DNA of 58,329 nucleotides from an uncultured Bdellovibrionales bacterium (GTDB lineage Bacteria; Bdellovibrionota_C; UBA2361; OMII01): NCBI GenBank assembly GCA_964654585.1, contig CAZZJR010000004.1, positions 13,157 to 71,485 of the forward strand, read 5' to 3'. Shown piece by piece: positions 52,451 to 58,329 of this stretch (position 1 is its first letter; each line of letters starts with the position of its first letter). The notes under the pieces were generated by a model. It saw only the letters and a program-made list of their open reading frames with translations, ran no database searches and was not told where the DNA came from. The position numbers and the translations under genes were made by a program.

Positions 52451-53486
52451 GCAGTACAAGATCCGCAATGTAACTGTGTCTCCAGGGCTGGTGCTCTCCC
52501 CGATGAGCGGGGTGACGACGCGCCCGTTCAGGCGGCTCGTGAAGGAGCTTAACCCGGGCGCTGTAGGCCTGCTCGTGAGTGAGTTCGTCTCGGTAGAGGG
52601 CATGACCCGCGGCTCGCGGCGCACGCTCGAGATGATGCGCTTTGCGGAGGAGGAGCGCCCGTACTGCATTCAGATCTTCGGCTACGACGTCGACCGCATG
52701 CGTGATGCGGCCCTCATGGTGCAGGACCTCGGCGCAGATGTCGTTGATATCAACTGTGGCTGTCCGGCCCCAAAGGTTGTGAAGCGCGGTGGCGGCTGTG
52801 AGTTGATGCGTCAGCCAGAGCATCTGCAGAAGGTCGTCTCAGCAGTGAGGAAAGCAGTATCTATACCGCTGACGCTCAAGATGCGATCGGGTTGGGATGA
52901 GAGCTCCAGGAATGCGGTGGAACTCGCCAAGATGGTGGTGAGCGAGGGGGTAGAAGCCCTCGCCGTTCACGGGCGAACTCGGGCGCAGCTATACCGTGGG
53001 TTGGCCGACTGGTCGCTGGTTGAGGCGGTCGCTGAAGCGGTCGACGTTCCAGTGCTGGGGAGCGGCGATGTTGTCGACCGGGCGAGCGCGGATGAGCGGC
53101 TACGCGGAAAGGTGGCTGGGCTCTTTATCGGCCGCGCCAGCATCTGGAACCCGCTTGTTTTCGGCGAGATCGTTTCGGGAGCCCCGAGTGCCCTGCGCGG
53201 CAACCAGGAGCTGATGCTCAAAGTGCTGATGCGCTACATTGAGCTGCTGCGCGAGGACTTTCAGGATAGCTCCTGCCCAGGGAAGGTAAAGCAGCTTGCA
53301 TCCCAGATGTGTCGCGGTGCGCCCTGGCGCAAGCAGCTACTTACCCTTAATACGCTGCCGGAGCAGAGCCGGCTTCTTGAGATGGTGCGGGACGGGGCTT
53401 TCCGCAATACTGTGGCAGCAGCCAGCGAAGATGCCGAGCCCCAAACAGAGGGCGAAGAGAGCTGCGACCAGTATGCGGCTGCATAG
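52443..53486 (+). CDS. dusB: tRNA-dihydrouridine synthase (DusB-like)
   Basis: LSPMSGVT, DINCGCPAPKV, LTLKMRSGWD, AVHGRTRAQLY, IGRA. Start 52431-52443. Confidence 0.88.
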   Translation: MIKQYKIRNVTVSPGLVLSPMSGVTTRPFRRLVKELNPGAVGLLVSEFVSVEGMTRGSRRTLEMMRFAEEERPYCIQIFGYDVDRMRDAALMVQDLGADVVDINCGCPAPKVVKRGGGCELMRQPEHLQKVVSAVRKAVSIPLTLKMRSGWDESSRNAVELAKMVVSEGVEALAVHGRTRAQLYRGLADWSLVEAVAEAVDVPVLGSGDVVDRASADERLRGKVAGLFIGRASIWNPLVFGEIVSGAPSALRGNQELMLKVLMRYIELLREDFQDSSCPGKVKQLASQMCRGAPWRKQLLTLNTLPEQSRLLEMVRDGAFRNTVAAASEDAEPQTEGEESCDQYAAA

Positions 53487-53513
53487 GGAAGTCTACACGG
53501 TTCAAGGACCATA

Positions 53514-54275
53514 GTGCTCAGGGTAAACAACGTCTACCGCAGCTTCGGCGAGAAAGAGGTGCTCAAGGGCGTCACCGTGACCCTGAAGCCCGCCACGATA
53601 ACGGGGCTGATCGGGCCGAGCGGTGGTGGCAAGAGCATCTTGCTCAAGATCATTGCGAACACTGCGCGTGCAACTTCTGGCAGCGTTGAATTCGACCAGG
53701 GCCTTGGGCCTAACGACGTGGGCCTGATGTTTCAGGAGGGTGCGCTCTTTGACTCTCTCTCAGTGTACGACAACGTCGCGTTTCCCCTTGTAGGCGGAAA
53801 AGTCCCAACTACCTCGCTGCCGGCAGAGCAGCGCGAGATGGTGTGCGACAAGGTGAGCGAGATCCTAGCGAGAGTCGGACTGACTCGGGCAGCGTACAAG
53901 ATGCCAGGGCAGATCAGCGGCGGAATGCGCCGACGAGTGTCGCTTGCCCGTGCGCTGGTGGGGCGACCAAGGATCCTGTTGCTCGATGACCCCACCAGCG
54001 GCCTCGATCCCGTGGCGAGCAGCGTGATTATGGATCTCATTGTCGGGCTGCACACTGAGTATAAACCCATCACCCTGATTGTGAGCCACGACCTACGACG
54101 CCTGCTGCCGACGTGTGAACGGCTTCTTGCGCTGTTCGATGGTGGAATTGTCTTTGACGGCACACTGGAGGACCTGCGGCAGGGTGCATCCGCATCAGTT
54201 CGTAGCTTCGTGTCGTGTCGTTTTGAACTCGGGAACCCGGCTGTAGTGCCGGAGCCGATGCCGCCCACCGCGTAG
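53514..54275 (+). CDS. ABC transporter ATP-binding protein, MlaF/Mkl-like
   Basis: GPSGGGKS, FQEGALFDSLSVYDNVAFPL, ISGGMRRRVSLARAL, DDPTSGLDPV. Confidence 0.85.
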   Translation: MLRVNNVYRSFGEKEVLKGVTVTLKPATITGLIGPSGGGKSILLKIIANTARATSGSVEFDQGLGPNDVGLMFQEGALFDSLSVYDNVAFPLVGGKVPTTSLPAEQREMVCDKVSEILARVGLTRAAYKMPGQISGGMRRRVSLARALVGRPRILLLDDPTSGLDPVASSVIMDLIVGLHTEYKPITLIVSHDLRRLLPTCERLLALFDGGIVFDGTLEDLRQGASASVRSFVSCRFELGNPAVVPEPMPPTA

Positions 54276-54293
54276 AAAGGAACCTGCAGCAGT

Positions 54294-55157
54294 ATGATGA
54301 AGAAGAAGGCCATAGATGAGTCGCGGGAGCGGTTCCTCTCAGGAATCGGCGTCCCAGCGAAGGCGGCCTTCGTTGCTGATGAGTTTCAGCAAGCGGCGAT
54401 TTCAAACCTCGCCGCCGGGATCGACACGCTGGTAGTTGCTCCGACCGGTTCAGGGAAGACATTTATCGCGATACAGGCGATGCGGGAGCTGCTCGCCAAG
54501 GGACAGAGCGCCATCTACACCACGCCGCTCAAAGCGCTCTCCAACACGAAGTACTCGGAGTTTCAGCAGACCTTCGGTCCAGAGCACTCAGTTGGCCTGC
54601 TGACTGGCGACCGAAAGATTGAGGGCGACTCGGACGTAGTAATTGCCACAACAGAGATCTACCGCAACGAGCTGTACCGCGGGTACGGCCGCTACTCGCT
54701 CGTGATACTCGATGAAGTGCACTACATCGCGGATCCGCAGCGCGGAGCGGTGTGGGAGGAGAGCATCATCCTGACCCCGAGCAGTGCGACTCTCTTGATG
54801 CTCTCTGCCTCGATCTCAAACGCCGAGGAGATCGCTTCGTGGATCGAGGAGACCCGCAACAAAGAGTGCCGAATCGTTCAGAAGAAAGAGCGGCCAGTAG
54901 AGCTTCGCTACGGTTTTCTGCACCCAAAGTGGGGTGTCATCCCCCTGAGCGACGAGAAGGGGCACCTCTCGCCTGAGGTGGCGCACTACTACAGCGGTGT
55001 CGAGCTGGACATGACGGGGACTCGTATCGCTGCGCCGAGGGGTGCGGGCAGGCCAGGTGGCGGGCGCGGGCCGGGAGGGAGGCGCGACCGTGAGAGGTCA
55101 GACCGTGGCGGGCGATCGGGACGAGGACACCACGGTTCGCGTGGGAGGAGCAGATAG
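54294..55157 (+). CDS. Ski2/HelY-like SF2 RNA helicase, N-terminal RecA1 half
   Basis: APTGSGKT, YTTPLKALSN, ATTEIYRN, DEVH, LSAS, RPVEL; ends in a Gly/Arg-rich tail. Confidence 0.85.
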   Translation: MMKKKAIDESRERFLSGIGVPAKAAFVADEFQQAAISNLAAGIDTLVVAPTGSGKTFIAIQAMRELLAKGQSAIYTTPLKALSNTKYSEFQQTFGPEHSVGLLTGDRKIEGDSDVVIATTEIYRNELYRGYGRYSLVILDEVHYIADPQRGAVWEESIILTPSSATLLMLSASISNAEEIASWIEETRNKECRIVQKKERPVELRYGFLHPKWGVIPLSDEKGHLSPEVAHYYSGVELDMTGTRIAAPRGAGRPGGGRGPGGRRDRERSDRGGRSGRGHHGSRGRSR

Positions 55158-55159
55158 CC

Positions 55160-56578
55160 ATGATGCAGGGCGACTTCCCAGTTTCGATCATTCTCCGTGA
55201 GCTCGAACACGACGATCTTCTGCCGGCCATCCTCTTTCGCACGGCGCGCAAGCAGTGTGATGCCGATATCGAGGCGCTCGCAAGAAACCAGCACGCGATC
55301 TTGCCCCCCGAGCGGCAGGAGCGGCTGACCCAAGAGGTTCAGGCGATCATCCGGAAGTACCTTTTCGAGCCGGAGTTCATCACAGCCTACCCGCAGTACC
55401 AGGCCCTGATTGCGACCGGTGTTGGAGCGCATCACGCTGGGCAGCTTCTGATCTGGCGATTGTTGCTCGAAGAGCTCATGTCGCGCGGAATGCTCAGGAT
55501 GATGGTTGCAACCGGAACGGTTGCGGCGGGCGTGGACTTCCCGGCGCGCACAGCCGTCGTGACGGCGCACAGCAAGCGCGGCTCTGAGGGTTTTAGCGTG
55601 CTCTCGGCTTCTGAGTTCCAGCAGATGGCCGGCCGGGCCGGGCGTCGTGGAAAGGACGCCGTCGGGGTGTGTCTCATAACACCGAGCAAGTTCTCTGACG
55701 CGCGTGTGCTCTTGGAGGTCTCTAAGCGGCCTCCGGAGCCTCTTAAGTCGGCATACTTCGCGGCGCCATCGACGGTGCTTAACCTGCTTAAGTATCGAAA
55801 CGTTGACGACCTTGAATTTACCGTCGAACGGAGCTTGGGAGCCTTCCTCAATCGCCGTGACGCCAGTCGATTCCGCGAGGAAGCCCTGATAGAACAGGGT
55901 GAGATAGAGGCAGATAGCGATCTGCGCGGCGAGAAGCGTAAGAAAGCTGAGAAGCGTGTTAGGCGCAAGCTTCGCGATGCGGATGAGATTGAGAAGAAGC
56001 AGGAAACGGCTCTCGCGCTCTCGCTCGATGGGCTGCGAAAGCTTGGCTACGTTGAGGGCGGAAGCTTGACGGAGAAAGGGTACTGGTCGGCAGAGCTGTG
56101 CACGAGCCTCGTGCTGCAGCTAGCCGAGAGCATCTCGGATGGCCTCTTCGACGAGTGTGCGCTCTTTGAGCTCGTTGGGCTCGTTGCGAGCATCGCTGGC
56201 GATCCGCACCGCCCGTACTTCAAGCTCAAGGCGAACCCGGTCAAGAGTGAGCTCTTCAAGCGGCTTGAGTCCATCGTTGAGAGAGTAAAGGAGAGCTACC
56301 AGGGGCCGGGCGCCTCCGAGATCGCGGTGCTCCCAGACGCAGCGCTCACGGTGATAACCTGGATGGATTCGGAGAGCTGGGCTGAATTTTCAGGACTGCT
56401 GAGGCTGTCCGGCGTTGCCGATGGAGACGTCGCTCGGCTCGTGAGCCAGACCGCTGACCACCTCAATCAACTGACTCGCCTTGAGAAGACTCATCCGGTT
56501 CTAGCGCAATCAGCGAAGGTAGGCAGAGCGAGGCTGCTCCGGCCTCCTTTCTCCGAGGCGCTCGTTACGACAGAGTAG
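55160..56578 (+). CDS. Ski2/HelY-like SF2 RNA helicase, C-terminal RecA2 half
   Basis: LLPAILFRTARKQCD, GVGAHHAG, ATGTVAAGVDFPAR, QMAGRAGRRGKD; different frame from the N-half. Confidence 0.85.
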   Translation: MMQGDFPVSIILRELEHDDLLPAILFRTARKQCDADIEALARNQHAILPPERQERLTQEVQAIIRKYLFEPEFITAYPQYQALIATGVGAHHAGQLLIWRLLLEELMSRGMLRMMVATGTVAAGVDFPARTAVVTAHSKRGSEGFSVLSASEFQQMAGRAGRRGKDAVGVCLITPSKFSDARVLLEVSKRPPEPLKSAYFAAPSTVLNLLKYRNVDDLEFTVERSLGAFLNRRDASRFREEALIEQGEIEADSDLRGEKRKKAEKRVRRKLRDADEIEKKQETALALSLDGLRKLGYVEGGSLTEKGYWSAELCTSLVLQLAESISDGLFDECALFELVGLVASIAGDPHRPYFKLKANPVKSELFKRLESIVERVKESYQGPGASEIAVLPDAALTVITWMDSESWAEFSGLLRLSGVADGDVARLVSQTADHLNQLTRLEKTHPVLAQSAKVGRARLLRPPFSEALVTTE

Positions 56579-56945
56579 AAGCGGCGACGAAGGCAGACAT
56601 TAGGAACATCAGGAAGGCTGGAACTGCTTTCCTTACTGGATCAGACACCTTCAGGTGCATAACCACAGCTGCAAGCATCACCCAAGTCATCCCGACAGCG
56701 CCGATGAAAGCCACCGGTGCATACCAGAGCCCAAGTAGCAGCAGTGATGCCAGGAACACCTTGACCGTTCCGATCGAGATCATGAACTGCTTGGAGAAGC
56801 CGTAGACGCGAAACTCCTCTTCCATGGTCTTGGCGTCGCCGCCGCGGTAGTTGGTGGGCTTGTTGAGCCGAAGGAACCAGACGTTGAAGATACCCAGGGC
56901 CACAATGACCTGAATCAACTTGCATGCGGCGTCGAGAGTATTCAT
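56565..56945 (-). CDS. DoxX-like family membrane protein
   Basis: Four TM helices; TMEEEFRVYGF, AVVMHLKVSDP pattern; RBS GGAGGA. Confidence 0.8.
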   Translation of the reverse strand: MNTLDAACKLIQVIVALGIFNVWFLRLNKPTNYRGGDAKTMEEEFRVYGFSKQFMISIGTVKVFLASLLLLGLWYAPVAFIGAVGMTWVMLAAVVMHLKVSDPVRKAVPAFLMFLMSAFVAASTLS

Positions 56946-57254
56946 GGTGAGTTCCTCCACCTTCTATAGTTAGTCCGAGGGCTATATTCTGCAAGAGCTT
57001 TATTTGGGGGCATGATTACGGCAGGGCAGGCAGGAGCACGCCACACGTAACCTACGCAACATTCCAAAGCGTCTTTTGGAAGTTTATAGGCTGCAAGCTG
57101 CTCCGTTGGCGCTGGCTGAGGCAGGCGCAATCTCATGGAAATTACTAGCGTTCAGCAGGGGGCGGTCCAGCACGTTTCGCGCAGTGCTCGTTGGGCCTCG
57201 ATGCCCGGCGATTCGCTCTGGCATCCGCCCGCTTGGATGCGGTAAAACAGGGTC

Positions 57255-58004
57255 ATGAAGATACTCGTTCCTGTAAAGCGCGTCCCAGACTGGCAGATAA
57301 AGCTCAAGCTTCTTCCAGACGGTTCCGGGATTCAGACCGATGGCATTAAGTGGATTATCAACACCTTCGATGAGATCGCAGTTGAGGAGGCGATCCGCCT
57401 GAAGGAGAAGGGGGTTGCTACAGAGATAGTGCTTGTGAGCATCGGTCCGGCGGACGTGCGGCAGCGGCTTGAGTATGCCCTCGCCATGGGTGCTGACTCC
57501 GCCATCCTGATCAAACATGACGGCCCTTCGGACTCCGATCTTGCGGCCCGGGCGATTGCCGAGGTGTTTAAGCGTGGCTCGTACTCGATGATCCTGATGG
57601 GGAAGCAGGCGATCGACTCTGACAGCAGCCAAACGGCGCAACTGATCGCGGCCCGGCTCAATTTGCCCCAGGCCTGCTTCGCCTCGAAGGTTGAGCTGGA
57701 CGGCACGAGCGCGCTCGTCACTCGCGAGGTTGATGGCGGTCTCGAAAAGCTGCGTGTGCCGCTTCCGTGCGTCGTTTCAACCGACCTTCGGCTAAACGAG
57801 CCGCGGTATGCCGCACTGCCCAACCTAATGAAGGCGAAGAAGAAGCCGTTTGAAGAGCTTACGCTTGATGCTCTGGGAGTTTCGCCTGAGGTCAGGGTCA
57901 AGATTCGTTCTCTCTCGACGCCGGCGGCGCGCAAAGCGGGCCGCAAGGTAGGTAGCGTTGCTGAGCTAGTCTCGGCACTTCAGGGTGAAGCGAAGGTTCT
58001 GTAA
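57255..58004 (+). CDS. etfB: Electron transfer flavoprotein subunit beta
   Basis: MKILVPVKRVPD, INTFDEIAVEEA, GKQAIDSD, REVDGG, NEPRYAALPNLMKAKKKP. Confidence 0.96.
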   Translation: MKILVPVKRVPDWQIKLKLLPDGSGIQTDGIKWIINTFDEIAVEEAIRLKEKGVATEIVLVSIGPADVRQRLEYALAMGADSAILIKHDGPSDSDLAARAIAEVFKRGSYSMILMGKQAIDSDSSQTAQLIAARLNLPQACFASKVELDGTSALVTREVDGGLEKLRVPLPCVVSTDLRLNEPRYAALPNLMKAKKKPFEELTLDALGVSPEVRVKIRSLSTPAARKAGRKVGSVAELVSALQGEAKVL

Positions 58005-58015
58005 AAGGGGATTTC

Positions 58016-58329
58016 ATGGGTAACGTTCTAGTTTTCATTCAGCACGATCAGGGGAAGGTTCAGAAGGGGGCGCTAGTCGCTGTGACGGCTGCCAAGCAGC
58101 TTGCTTCTGCCTGGGGCGCGGCAGGTGTAGTGGGTGTCGCACTCGGCGCGGGGTCGAAGGCCGCAGCCGCCGAAGCTGCCGCGCACGGCCTGAGCGAAGT
58201 TCGCTTCTCTGAGGATCCGATCTTTGACAAATACCGCGCTGAGCCGTACAGCCGCGCGGTTGCACTGGCTGCTCGCGAGACCAGCTCGTCCTCGGTTGTG
58301 GCTCTGGCAAGCAGCAGCGGGAAAGACTT
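58016..58329 (+). CDS. etfA: Electron transfer flavoprotein subunit alpha (5' part, truncated by window end)
   Basis: ATG 11 nt after the etfB stop; MGNVLVFIQHDQGKVQKGALVAVTAAKQL...YRAEPY is an EtfA-type N-terminus; open to the window end. Confidence 0.85.
   Translation, partial: MGNVLVFIQHDQGKVQKGALVAVTAAKQLASAWGAAGVVGVALGAGSKAAAAEAAAHGLSEVRFSEDPIFDKYRAEPYSRAVALAARETSSSSVVALASSSGKD

Noticed and set aside
1-58329. CRISPR arrays, IS/transposases, integrases, prophage genes, rRNA/tRNA/tmRNA/RNase P
   Set aside because: No regularly spaced repeats, diagnostic protein motifs or RNA signature sequences were found by eye on either strand.

Overview
A 58.3-kb, GC-rich, gene-dense chromosomal window from a diderm (Gram-negative-type) bacterium. 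The gene set (lolC/lolD/bamA, lptFG, CckA-like kinase, HelY-like helicase) suggests a deltaproteobacterial/Bdellovibrionota-like lineage; this is inference only. No rRNA, tRNA, CRISPR array, transposase or integrase was found. The left 12 kb is the most unusual part. It holds a translationally coupled, highly divergent non-flagellar type III secretion (T3SS)-like cluster: sctJ, two small ORFs, sctQ, an inserted DUF3313 lipoprotein, sctR/S/T, a transmembrane-only sctU and a SycD-like TPR chaperone. Its export-gate subunits lack the canonical Met-gasket and Gln-belt residues and the NPTH switch domain. Nearby are two divergently transcribed sigma-70-family factors (FliA-like and SigB/F-like) and a small FlgM-like ORF. 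Sigma28-type promoter motifs (TAAAG-n-GCCGATA) sit upstream of the FliA-like gene, a secreted subtilase and a patatin phospholipase, which suggests a sigma28/anti-sigma checkpoint coupled to an atypical T3SS and a hydrolase regulon. The remainder is mostly housekeeping (rsmG, erpA, lolCD, bamA, cmk, lptFG, rpsU, rlmD, tyrS, bioF, rpmG, yacG, sufS, csp, dusB, etfBA). It also contains several oddities: a 26-aa Lys-rich microprotein missed by the ORF track, an Omp85-metalloprotease pair, a catalytically degenerate P1B-ATPase, a FabF-like gene coupled to bioF, a helicase split in two ORFs, extended S21 and L33 proteins, a paralogous pair of unknown small proteins, and a ~1-kb intergenic region with an orphan terminator. 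Family assignments come from motifs recognised by eye; no database searches were run.
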